From NCBI GenBank assembly GCA_013115145.1, contig JAAPAO010000292.1, forward strand, positions 1-42,248: a stretch of DNA of 42,248 nt. The letters are read 5' to 3'. The translations under genes and the position numbers were made by a program. Each line of letters opens with the position of its first letter. Position 1 is the first letter of the stretch. The notes under the pieces are model-generated. The model searched no databases and had not been told where the DNA came from. It was given only the letters and a program-made list of their open reading frames with translations. Below, one piece after another: positions 1 to 11,547 of the stretch. Origin of the DNA: Perkinsus chesapeaki ATCC PRA-425 (taxonomy: Eukaryota; Protista; Perkinsozoa).

Positions 1-311
1 ACCGAGGTACTCCTTCAGGAAGGCCTGAGCATTGGGGACTATAGCATAGAGTGCTAGACGTTCCCCAAACTCTTGGAAAAGTATGAAGATAACAGCGTTA
101 AGCATCGGCCTCTGGTAGTAATGGTACACATTACCAGATGTGTCGGTCCATGAGAGGGAGTCTCGTTTAGCTGGCATTCAAGTTAAAGGATACAACTAGA
201 AAGTACAGTCTAGAGCAGTCAATTCCCTTCACGAAAGCTTTGCAATGCGTGAGCAAGGTGCACGTGGCTTCCTGCGTTGGGGAGCATCGAATGGGTTGCT
301 TCCCCGGGCAT
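1..311 (-). CDS. POT/PTR2 proton-dependent oligopeptide transporter, 5' part (runs off the window's left edge)
   Basis: Minus strand 170->1 reads ...RPMLNAVIFILFQEFGERLALYAIVPNAQAFLKEYLG, containing the POT TM1 ExxER motif. Probable ATG at 311 and a 62-nt GT-AG intron at 171..232 with matching phase. Confidence 0.8.
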
Positions 312-1049
312 TGTATATATGCAGGTTCTATCGTGGCTTCACCGAAGCCACTGGGCGCAAAATAAGTCCACATTCATAAATTCCTTACCGCGCTTTCTCT
401 AGCACACGACTTTCGGATTGTCTCTCATTTGAAGTCACGCATGTTTTCCAACCTTTGTTACGGTAGCTCCTGGATCAGGAGCCTTGATACTGACATGTTT
501 CCATGTTTACCGCAAAGCATGCGAAGTGTCCTCTACCATATTCCGGTCGCAATACACTTTCTGACTTTCAGACTTCTTCCACTAATCAAATACTCCGGAG
601 CTGAACAACGTCTGTAAAAAAGCGAACCTCTGCATCGAAACTCGATGATCGAATCTGTCACACAATCTCATGTCACCGCAATTGTCTCGCGCTACGGCAT
701 ACGATAGATCATTAGCTATTGCGTTATCGTTGTTTGTTCTAGGTAATAACTTTACTTGACGCTATAGTATTTAATCAGCAACTAGTATATGGTGCTTTCG
801 ACCCGGCTGTCTCTTCGTTGCCGATCTACTTGGACGGAATTGTCGTTTTGAACCCGTTGTGTCAGGGCGACCGAATTGCCACGGTGACACCTCGGTCACG
901 TTTATAAAGAGGTAGGTAATAAGCATTTGTGAGCTTATTTATTAGCGTAGGCCAGGTCATTCTATGGGCACTAGCTCGATATTAGTTGTGCTATGATTTC
1001 TATACAACTTAACGAGTGTAGAAAGCTGAGAATGGTTATCTTTGCCTTT

Positions 1050-1388
1050 GTAGTTGCCAGTTTGCTATTAGCTTCGTGATCTACACAGTTGCACGCATAC
1101 GTTTGGGTTGGAACTTCTTTCTGGCACTCAACGCCCTTGGAGTGTCATTCAAAAGGAGTAGAGGCACCAGCGTCACTCATTAGGAAATGGAGGTTTAGCA
1201 GCGATATAGCAGCTGATCGGTACCTAGGCACCATTTCTACAGATGCTGGGCATAGTTATGGAGCACCCGTCTACACCCAACTGGTGAGCCAAAGTGGAGT
1301 GCAGAACGGCATTGGTGCGGCTGATAATGTGCATTTGCACAACACTGTCCGCACATACTTCACTGCTTACTTTCTGTCAATGATTTAA
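1050..1388 (+). CDS. Probable exons of an unidentified protein (3' end)
   Basis: Last exon reads GTISTDAGHSYGAPVYTQLVSQSGVQNGIGAADNVHLHNTVRTYFTAYFLSMI*. Against the duplicate near 13984-14088, four of the five differences in the conserved part are synonymous in this frame. No family recognised. Confidence 0.35.
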
Positions 1389-1800
1389 ATTCGATGGTTC
1401 GTTCGCATCAATTAGAATACTCGAGTTGCAACTCAATACTCACATCCGACAACAATTACGAGTTATGATATAAAGGCAGTCGCATGCTCGTTGTTATGCA
1501 ACACAGACTGATTAGCGGCTCCGAGGCGGGGAAGTCGCCGTGTCCATTATGAACTTCATTAAATCGACATCGCTTATAGGGTACTGTCCGGCTTGGCGAA
1601 GAGGAGATTCTCCGACCGTATTCGGTCTCGTTGCAGACAAACCATGCTTGATAAGGAAACTGACAACAGTGCTCGAATATGATGCCAATGAATGTGGATT
1701 ATGCACGGTAATCATACAAAATATCAAATCGGTTTTGCAAAGTTTTCAACACTTGAGCGGAAGAATCTTCAAGCTCATACTGCACGTATGCTCGCACACA
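1232..1800 (+). repeat. ~570-bp direct repeat, copy A (copy B at 13925..14507)
   Basis: Long near-identical stretches, e.g. gtgagccaaagtggagtgcagaacggc... through ...ctcgcacaca, in both copies. Confidence 0.97.
1512..1800 (-). pseudogene. Orphan 3' fragment of the ankyrin-repeat gene (duplicate of 14212..14507)
   Basis: VVSFLIKHGLSATRPNTVGESPLRQA is ankyrin-like. Homology to the second locus stops at 1800 and no upstream ankyrin exons follow. Confidence 0.6.
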
Positions 1801-2202
1801 TCCTGCCTGGGGAACTTGGCTGCTTGGGCACCCAGGAGACCTGGGATAGGTTCGTGAATTGTTCCGAAAATGAGTTGGGTTTGGACATATTCAATGTTTG
1901 AATGATCGACGCTCTTAGCCACGGCTTGCTGGGTCAACCCAAAGGGTCGCCCCTTAAGGGAAACGTAGTTCGGGAATGCCGCTACTGCTAGCAACTGATC
2001 CGTGCCAAACGGGCTCCACTTCTCCAAATAACTTCCGATCGTAAACAAAATCCTTACGGTGCTGTATATAAATCTCAGCCGGTCCCTCTATGCATGTTCC
2101 CCTGCTTCCCCTGGGTATTTGCCTTCTTCAGCGCCTTATTCAAGGCTTCATAGGCCTGTTTACGAGAAGCTAGATTGGTTTGTAGAGCGAACCGAGCGTT
2201 GA

Positions 2203-2490
2203 GCTACTCAACGGCGTTGAGTAGCCAACTGGGCTTCCTGGAAAACTTCAGCTTCCTGGGCCGATCAAACCTTCCTTCCTTAGTAAGGAATCCTTACTTG
2301 ATCGAACTGGCAGTCATATTTCTTGCAGAAATGTTCTGCAGAATTGTAACATTCAATGCTTTCCTAAGGAAAGTTTCCTTGCATATAATTTACCGAAGTC
2401 ATGTGATGATTGATGATGTATACTATATACAACTCAACCAAGCCGGAATAGTCAATGGTTTCCAAATGAAGTTAGTTAGAATTTCTAACT
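2203..2490. repeat. Cluster of palindromic hAT-type excision scars
   Basis: Perfect 22-mers at 2276-2297 (T=TTCCTTAC) and 2359-2380 (T=CTTTCCTT). Degenerate copy at 2318-2339. Palindromes with a 1-nt spacer at 2203-2225 (11-bp arms) and 2474-2490 (8-bp arms). Confidence 0.8.
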
Positions 2491-2510
2491 GGGAAAAAGC
2501 TAATGAAAAA

Positions 2511-5450
2511 CTAGTCTGACGAGAGGTCAGAATCAGAGTTCTTCGAAATCTTGTCAACGCCCTCACTTTCGTCCACAGAAGCAGCACCTGCCTCGGCAGC
2601 ATTACGAAATCCCGGAAGCCTCGGCCGGTGGAAGTCTCGAGGGCCGGACAGTTCAGGATGCGGCTGGATAGCCAGAGTTCGATCTATCACTGTCGAGTGA
2701 ACTACATGTTTCTTGGCAAACTTGGATGATTTCTTCCGCCTGAAGCCAGTGAAAGATTCTGGCATCCTATCAAGGCTTGCCACCAAGAAATGGTCGACAT
2801 TGGAGGCTGAAAGCCCCAAGCTATTCCACATTAAGAGAGATTCATCGGCAAGCCCGGCATGACCAAGATGGCGACGAGCATCGCAACCATTCAGCGTAGA
2901 GCACTGAGCCTCGACAACACTCTCGCAGTGAGTCTTTAGGGCCACACACGCAATCACGAAAATGCAATCCTCACATCCACCATAGAGCCGAGACTGCGTG
3001 TGAATATCGGCCCAAATAGCGCCCATATCGACCATCTCGCCAGGCGGAAGTGGTAAGCAATTGGCGCGGATGCGGTCGCGGAGCTCTGCGTACTGAAGTT
3101 TCAATGCTTCAATACCAGGTTGCTCTTGTAGCTCGGGTTTGAACCCAATGACAAACTCAGCAACCACGCCGAAGAAGTCTATCGGACTTCGCAGGGCGGT
3201 CAGATCTTCATGAAGACCGTAGCTGTCGAGGAGATAGTCATCACGGTGTAGACAGATCTCATCACGACTTCCTAGGAGTGCTTCTCCGCTTAGACACTGG
3301 CAACAAGCTTCCAGCCACTTCGGGGTGTCTTGAAGAATCCTCCTTTTCAGCGCGGAAATGAGCTGTTTCATCCAGTCGATGCAAAACTGCAGTGACAGTT
3401 CGAAAATCCATGGAGATATGGGCGATAGATCCACGCCCTGCCAAGACCGTCCAATGAAGTCGATATCACGAAGAGTGGGTAGAGCATCTACGGAAAAGTA
3501 CCGAGGTTCTAGTCCTTCGATGTGCGCCGCTCTAGGGTCAGCGAGCTCGCTCACAACATCTCGGAGGGTCTCAACCTCTGCGCAGGCAATAATCAAGGTA
3601 TCCCGTAACGCATGCACTGCCGTGATAACTTGCCAAGGCCTCCGGTTCACAGCCTGTGCAGTGCATGAAACACCTGCTATGATGTTCATGACGTCATAGC
3701 ACACAGCGAACTTTACAAGCCAATCTAGTTTCTTGACCTGGGGAAAGTTGTCTACGCTACAGATGGCTCTGAAGTTCTGCACAAAGTTACGGTATACACG
3801 AGCCTCACTTGATGCCCATCGTGTAGCCGAGAAGGCCAGAGGAGCTGCAAACCTTACACCAAGCTTGGACGCCTCATCTCTGAGGTCCTCATATGCATTA
3901 CCGTGCCTGGACGGCATAGCGGGATGTAGCACACTTCTGACATCAGTCGTTCCCTTGTGCGAATCGTTGATAGCTAATTCTATACGATGCGCTACACACC
4001 ACGAGTGGTACAACTGGTCAGCGTCACAAGCCAGAGCTTCCCTCAACCGGCTCCAGACACGAAGACCGTGATACTCTCCGTCTGTCGCCAGGGCCACCAA
4101 GTTACTCCGCAACTGCTCCTCATCGAGGCCGAAGCACACAAGAGTGTCCACCAAGAGCTCGGTCAGTCCCTCACCCGTCTTATCAGTTACAACCGGGGCT
4201 GATAAGAGGTACGCAACGATTTTCCCGCGTACAAGTACCATCCCACAAGTAGCCTGCAGTGTGCGACGCTGCACCGTGACCTTGTCGCAACTCGCCGCAA
4301 TGGGGCTGCTGCGACCACCAAAGCAAGGCTGGCGGTCCATGAAAACCGCTACCATCCTAGCTTTCATCTCGGCCACCATGGCTCTAATGAAGGTTGGCAG
4401 AAAATGAGTTCTGGAATGATTCTTATCACCGAAGATAACCCCATTTTCAGCCTGCAAAGCCAGTGGACGCTCAAACGAACGGTGGCTCTGCCCTTCACAG
4501 ACGCTGAAATAGGCCGTCCTGGCAACGGCTAGCGCCTCATTTCTCCTTGTGCTCGCAACCCCGGAGTCAGCAATTGCCACTGATCTAATATGGGTAGCCA
4601 CATCTAAATGCTTCTTCAATGAAGACAAGATATCTCGCTGACGTTCCGGAGGGGGAATCTCAGTACCAAGGAGAAATATGCCGATACGGTCAAAGCTTGC
4701 AGGTCTCTCGTTGCGCGGGATAGACCACTTATGGAGATCACATACGGTACAGCGAATCTTAAGTGAAACCTCGTCAAGTTTGAATGGACCGATGGCACCG
4801 ATACGACGACAGAAATCGATCTCACGTCGGTGAGAGGCATCCCTAGACAGATGCTCATCTAGCTTGGCTGTGAGTCTATCGATCTTCTGAGACTGAGCCA
4901 TGAGTAGACTTGCCAATCCGGTCGTACTGAAAACATTGGCTGGCACCGGAGCTTTCTGGCCAATCGGGCTTGCCGTTTTAGGACGTGCGGGGGCCGCAAG
5001 CTTTGGTAAGACTTGAGGAGGTGAGGCAGGTCCTCGTGGTAAGAAAGGAGCATCGCTTCCCCGAGCTGGGCGGCAAGGTGCAGGACTAGCCGGAGCCCTG
5101 GAGTGCGCTGGAGCCCCAGGAGTTGCCGGGCCACTCTCTGGCTCTTGCGAACCTCGGGAGCCACCTCTGGCGGGGGAATTCAGACCTTTGAGAAACAACA
5201 AATACGTGACTGGAATTAGACGCCCAGGCGGTTCTCCCTTACTTTCGCTCTCCCTCTCACTGCATGTCCTTTTTCTGGGCAAAGGCTTGAACATATCTTT
5301 CAAAGAGCGTTGTCCTTTCTCAGTTTTGTATCTCTCTGGCATACCAGGATGGTGCTTATTGAAATGATCATAAAGACGGAAGTTGTCCTTTCTGCCCTTG
5401 TAGTCGCAATAGTAGCATTCGAGGGTTTCCTTCGACGGAGCGCTTGACAT
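2511..5450 (-). mobile_element. hAT-superfamily DNA transposase, apparently intact (979 aa ORF, or 960 aa if the 57-nt intron 5186..5242 is spliced)
   Basis: N-terminal CxxC..H...HH Zn finger. Candidate catalytic motifs SCDKVT, ATDGE, CVAH (CxxH), SATRW and C-terminal CESVVEAQCS. In-frame gtaagg...ctcaaag intron at the same position as the intron in the second copy. TIRs not found. Confidence 0.88.
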
Positions 5451-5565
5451 TTGTACGGATGAGTGTTAACACGGAGATAATAACTCTGACAATTTGGAGT
5501 ATTTTTCCGACTTGGAAGTTTTAACTGGTCGCCAGCAGGCCCACCTCCTTTCAAAGGATTGGTTC

Positions 5566-5964
5566 ATACTATTAAGTTAATAGTATTAACTTGAAGTTGA
5601 TAACTTCATAGGTAGTAGTTGGCAGTTACTAGCAACTACTCATAAACTAATATTTATACTAAATGCCCGTGCCGCATGACTGACTCCGGCGTCAATTTCT
5701 GTAAAGCTTTGTTAGACAGGCTCTTTCTCGTGCGGAGATTGCGCTCGCGTGCGGGGGTATGCAACACACCGTGTACTTGCGTGCAATGTTTTCAGCCGAG
5801 CTGCTTGGGACTCCCAAGCTGTGAGAGAATCAGGAATCCTGATTCAGGATTCTCTCCCAAGTTGGGAGAGAATATATAAAAATCACCTAATTGGGCGGAG
5901 TTCAAGAGGCATCTCTGGGCTCAACCAGGTTGAGTCAACCTCTTCAACTAGGTTGAATCAACCT
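5566..5964. repeat. Dense cluster of palindromic excision scars upstream of the hAT ORF
   Basis: Perfect 22-mers at 5569-5590, 5829-5850 and 5920-5941. One-mismatch copies at 5586-5607 and 5943-5964. 1-nt-spacer palindromes at 5803-5819 and 5849-5873. Confidence 0.85.
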
Positions 5965-6060
5965 CGAGAACCATGCTGCAACAGAAGTGCTGTTCATGCC
6001 GCACAGATTCTCCGTCATCTATTTCTTTCCCCTTTTGGGCAAAGACTTTTTTACCTTTGA

Positions 6061-6248
6061 TTCCTCCCTTTTCTTTCTCCCTCTCTTTTTGCCTCCTATC
6101 ATTTCTCTTTCCCTCTCTCTTCTCTCTTTTCCCCTCTCCCCTTCCTTTCCCTTTCTTTCCTTTCCCTTTCTTTCCTTCCCCTTTCTTTCTTTCCTTCCCC
6201 TTCCTTTCCTTCTTCCTCCCCTTTCCTTCCTTTTTTCGTGCCTTCCTT
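6061..6248 (+). repeat. Polypyrimidine (CT-rich) low-complexity tract
   Basis: 6102..6237 contains only C and T (136 nt). Confidence 0.95.
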
Positions 6249-7298
6249 GGCCACAGATGTGGCCGAGGGGCCCAGTTTTCCACCGCACTGCTCAACGCTG
6301 GCACTCCATCCGAGTACTTGTAACTTACAAGTTTGTGTAGCACAAGATATTGTGTGTAGCGTAAAATAGTGTGCTTGTAGGGAGCGCACGTTGTGTGTTG
6401 GTTGCACCACCCGTGGCAGTTTCGGGGTCATCCGGGGTTGAGTTAGTCAGTTGAACTCGCAAAGCTAAGATGTCTCTATGGTCGAGACTTTCATGGCATC
6501 TTCGCAGTTACGCAAGGTTCCAAACCTCTAATTTTTCGTTTCCTCTTTGGGAGGCGCCAGTCTTGCTCCTCTGAAGGCGATTGTCTAAGGAAGACTCTCG
6601 CTACTCTTAGGAGCATCCTGGCCCTGCGATACCTCATCGGAGCGTTCTAGCAGAACTTACTCCTGATCCAGGTATCGCCTCTTCTCAAGCTCCCGGAGAG
6701 GAAAGCGGTTTTAGTAAGCGCAAAACTTCAGAATTACTATTTTGTCTGTTATAAGAAAGTAGCAATCAGCCCATTCACCAATTCTTCAGGGCCTAGAAGT
6801 ATCATACTTCAAGTATGAGACTCTACTGTGAGCCTTCACAGCTTTGGGAGCCTAACGAGGCGTGACCTTATTAAAACTTTAGAACAGTACAGGGTCAAAG
6901 CCAGATTCGCTCCTCCGTTTTGCGCCTATCGTGAACGTGTCTTTGGGATTGTGCGTCTCGGACACATCTTATCTTCGAAGGCGGAGCACCCCTTGCACTT
7001 TGCAATGTGCTAATCCTACCCGATTGTGAGCCTTTAACAGTCAAGAAGACTCTTCTTGAAAGAGCATGGGTCAGCTCCCTACACACATTCCGAAACAGTC
7101 TAATATCACGATTACTTCGAGCAACGTCGCGGTTAACCCTATCTAAGTCAAGTGCTCTAGCTCGCGCCTCATTTATCGAGAAAACGCCGTGTGTGTATGA
7201 CCGAGCATCTGCCATAGTAGTGCTCTAGTGGTTCTTAACCACATCAAGAATGGGAAAGGATCGTCTCGCGTGACGATGGATTAACGAGTCTCAGATGG

Positions 7299-7320
7299 AT
7301 CACTCAGAGTGATTCACTCT
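7299..7320. repeat. Perfect 22-bp excision scar (T=ATCACTCT)
   Basis: atcactc-agagtgat-tcactct. Confidence 0.85.
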
Positions 7321-8258
7321 GGTTCTCACGGGTGCGCTTCATCATAAGAGCGAGAGCCGAGGCCCCTTGGTTTGTATAAGAAGATGAGCTTGATGAAGAG
7401 GACATTTCAACTTGAAATTTTCAAGCACGCGTGCCAAATTGACACATGGATTATTCGATTGAAAAATTTAATTCACCCTTTGCGGTCTAGGTCCGCGGCG
7501 ATTATCCGTATAATATACGATAATCGCCCAATTCCCTACATAACTCGGCAGAAGGATCCGCACCATCGGTTGAAAATGATGGGTCGCCCGGCTACAGGCT
7601 TTCCGGGAGGTAGAGCTTAGGTACCGCAAGGGGGGGGGGAGAAGGTAGTCTTGTATAAGACATTCTCACTATATAATATAAGACATCTCAACAACGTTGC
7701 ATGATATTAATTAATTTTCCACATTTTAAGCAATCACAGGAATAACATTTTCACGTTGACTGCAAATGCTTTGATGTTTTGATGCAAGACTGCTGAACAG
7801 TCACTGGTCTAATTACAAGAGACAAAAGGCAAGGACCCTAAAGCCTTCTGGAGGCCAGACCCTAAACTCTCTGGAGTCCAGAGCCTGGACTCCGCACAGA
7901 TACTGGACTCAATCGCTTTAACAACGTATTCGAGGATGCAGTGTGCGCCCAAATTGGAGCTCAACTCGGCCTCATTCGAGATACTCAGGACAAAATACTG
8001 GTGGCACTGCTGAGAAAAATCTCGTAAGACTGGACTGAAACCAGATTTATACCGGTACGGTGATGAATCATAGAATCACTAAGAATCACTCTAATCATGA
8101 CGCTGCCGAGTTGCATGGAGCACCGCTAGAAAACATTGATTGATTATCAATAACGAAGGTAATGCGAGGAGCGTATGCAATGTGAGATTACAATCGCATT
8201 GTTCGAAGTATGATAGCTTGAACGACTAACAAAACTCTTAGACAGCATCCATGCGCGC

Positions 8259-11200
8259 TCAGCGCGCCCTGCTACGGAGCGTGCCAGCTGTACAATTCCC
8301 GGGAGGGAACTTCATATGTCGCTCCCGTTTCTGCCTTATCCACGTCTTTATATGACGGGCTTCCAACTCTCGACACTCACGGACGTCGGCTCCATCCTAA
8401 ATGTTATCGTGAAAGGAGTCAACTTGTCTGCCGGCTTACCTCATCTCTTGAGAACATAAGATCTGAGTGATGTGCTCCGGTGTCCATTATGACCGATACG
8501 ACAGATGTAGGACATGGCATCACTGTGCAGTCTACACCTTGTGGGACTTCTCCTTCCGAGACGGAAACTGAGAATACAAACATAACAGTAAGTGTGTTTC
8601 GCAGTGTTACAATATTGAAGTACGCAGAAAACGTGCTAAATTATCAAAATAAAAAATTGAACGAAATTATGCAAAAACTGCAACCCAGTTTCGCTCTATC
8701 CAATCCAGTCTTGCAGCTACGCCCTAATTACTAGGGTGCTTGCAAGGAGAAAATCGAGCATGAACATGGCTAGTATGGAACATGCAGATTTAAATAAGCA
8801 AGGAACCAATGAAAAGGTATATAGAGGCTTACTAACATTAAGATAACCTGAAATGCAATATAATGAAGTGAATATGTTTCTATTATATACTATTAAGTAT
8901 AGTCCAGTCAAAACTGACTGAGTTAGTCATGATATATCTGTAAGGGCACTGTTAGATCTCACCTACCCATGGGTCGAACTTTCCATTAGTGAAGACAACG
9001 TTACTCATACTGGCCACAGCGTCCGCCATATTCCTCACGAACTGTAGGCTGGCCCGGGCTCTAGTAGTAACGCCATAACTGCAGAAAACTACATTCTAAA
9101 CCAATCCAGTCCGAGAAATGCTACATCTGTTTGCAGTCTGCCTTGTACGAGTCCATATCGAACTTATTGGTCGGCCAGAACATGTCATTCTCTGTACCCT
9201 GACCAGAAACGTGATAGGGACAGAAACGACCGGGCATCGCTGTAGATCAGCACGACAGCCCACCTGGTGAAATCCCCATGGCATCTGCGTGCACTCTTGG
9301 AAGCTGTAATCGCCTTCGCACGTATTTGGATAGTGGAATTCCATTTTGCTGAAACGATTAGTATATTCAAATAAACAAATCACCTCATGCTTAACTTACG
9401 TAGCATTGACGCACTCGGCGTTTCCCGAGGCATTATAGTAAATGTTGAGCGATTCCGCCAACGCTCGCAGGCGATCCTGAGAGTACGAAGGAAATTTCTA
9501 ATGTGACAAATGGTGAAAGCGAATCCGTTTTGGAAAGTTTCTGATAATCTTAAATATTTTAGCAGCTAAAGAAGCGTCTCACCTATACCCTCTCACCTTA
9601 TCTGTTCGAGCTTGTTCGAAGGGCGCGCATGCCGTACGAATGGGATTGGCAGGATAATATCCGTGACCACCTGTAAAATAGTTACTAGGATAAGGGTAGT
9701 TACCTAAAATAAGACATAAAAAGTTACCAAACATTCTGTGATGTCGCATTTAGCCGGCCCATTAGAGAGAACACTAGGCCGGATTCACTTAAAAGGTTCC
9801 GGGGCTGGTCAGACCAGCCTAATCTAGAGGCACATAAGAGCTGCAGCACTACTATCAGCCTTGAACTTACCCATGGCAAAGTACGTCCAAGCACAAGGCG
9901 CTGCCGAAGCAGCGAGAAGCGCTGTTAGGTGATGTGAAAGAGCATCAGGGCACCCCCTAATGGATCAATAACACTCCTGTGGAGGCTCAACTTGTACTGT
10001 AAGCGCCAAAACCGATCCGCTTCGTCCTTGAAGCCCTGCCATGCTCCCTGTGATGGTCCAAGTTCCTCAACCAGCTTCAGTGTCGCCTTCAAGTTGAAGG
10101 CTTCAACCTAAAAACAATAATGGGCCGATACTCAGTTCGTGCTAAAACACTTTAATGCTTGACATTGTCGTAACTGTTGTTAATTATGTACCACTCATAT
10201 GAACGCGTAGCCGGTCATTAATAAGTACTAAACATAATCTTCCCGTCGGTGCTCCTTTTTATCGAGGCAGCGGAAAAAAGCCAAAGGTATTGACAAGTTG
10301 AATAACCGAGGATGGAGATGCGATCAATTCGTCAAGATCAAACACCTACGAATTCCCGCTTCGTTGTTTCAATGGCAATATTCATTCGTCCCACGGAATC
10401 AGAGTGCAAGGGATGAACAAGCAGTCTTCATTGCATTTCGTCATCAAACGGGGATAGACTACAATAATGCACGTCGCCTCGGTATTGTCTTACTCTCTCG
10501 CGCATACGGGTCCAGCAGCTCGAGTTACTATCTCAGAAAAGGCGCCCATGCTAGGCTCAGGTGTAACACCGCCAATTGCGAAAATTGGAGCTGAGGAAGC
10601 GATGGCGCCGTCAACTAGGTGGGGATACCTGCCAAGGAACAATTGACACCTTGTCAATTTCTCTTAATGTACGAGCCTGAAACTGGGGCTGATCTACAGC
10701 CACTGCTGCGGGATCAGTGATGCATCACAAGGTGACCTATCGAATTCAATCAATCTCGATATAGCCCTTTGCGAATATTTGATGCAATACTTCGACCCTA
10801 CGAGCGAATGTGTAATGAGAAGAATTTTCTGCGTGAATGTGAACAGAATAAGAGGCTGCTTACCTGTAGCGGAATGCGCTTGCAAGCATACCACCATAAC
10901 TACCGCCAAAAGCGATGGTAGCGGTCGACGGTGGTAGAGAGTTCTCAGCAAATATGTGATCGATTAATACCTATAAGAAGCTATACACATCTTCGCATCC
11001 TTCGCTTCAAGACGATACTCACCGAGTAATCTCCAAGAGCTTGCTCGATAGTTAAGTAGCGTTTGCAATCAGGAGTCCCGTTTGGGTACACTAAGCTTTC
11101 ACCATAGTAGCGATGCTCGGCAAATACCAGCATAGCTCCTAGTTCGGACCTAAGAGACAATGAGTACGTCAGATTCAGTCAACGAGCAATAAGAGTATAC

Positions 11201-11547
11201 ACAGCGAGATTTGCTTACCCAAGCTCCCACATGAGACCTGTATGGTTGACATATAATTCCACTGACCCTTCATTCCCAGCATAAAAAAACACAGGTCCTC
11301 CTGGGCGGTGAAAGTCGGAATATGTAAAGTATCTAACGGGCGTCTCACGAATAATGCAACCAGGCAGAAGATTCCTTTGTTTGAGATCTCACCTTTGGTC
11401 GAATTTGCCAGGATTTGCATCGACACTGAACGAAAAGTGATCTCGATCTTGACGCAACCACCTCTCAGTACAGTTGGCCACGGTTGGTTGCCAGCTGAGT
11501 GGCGCCGCTTCAATAAAGCCGACGAGTAAGACAAGGCCTTTGAACAT
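8259..11547 (-). CDS. Multi-exon S28-family serine peptidase (lysosomal Pro-X carboxypeptidase-like), probably frameshifted by a scar at 10086-10107
   Basis: Spliced exons give MFKGLVLL...QDRDHF...FDQR|YF...GPVFFYAGNEG...EHRYYG...QALGDY...FGGSYGG...YPHLVDGAIASSAP...AMGNYPYP...ECTQM...NDMF...SNVVFTNGKFDPW...GAHHSDL...KTWI. These are the S28 signature motifs. Confidence 0.92.
10086..10107. repeat. Perfect 22-bp excision scar at an S28 exon start (T=CCTTCAAC)
   Basis: ccttcaa-gttgaagg-cttcaac. Confidence 0.85.

Noticed and set aside
6270-6298. Possible hAT right end (reverse complement CAGTGCGGTGG...) followed by the 8-mer CTCAACGC
   Set aside because: No matching left TIR with the same 8-bp duplication was found. 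A 7-bp CAGTCAT match (2311 vs ~5683) also lacks a TSD.
5948-6431. Lys/Arg/Gly-rich and Phe/Leu/Pro-rich ORFs in the six-frame track
   Set aside because: They are translations of the CT low-complexity tract.
6450-8050. Coding-looking fragments (e.g. 6895..7215 minus; NRFNNVFEDAVC... near 7915 plus)
   Set aside because: No recognisable family and no consistent exon chain.
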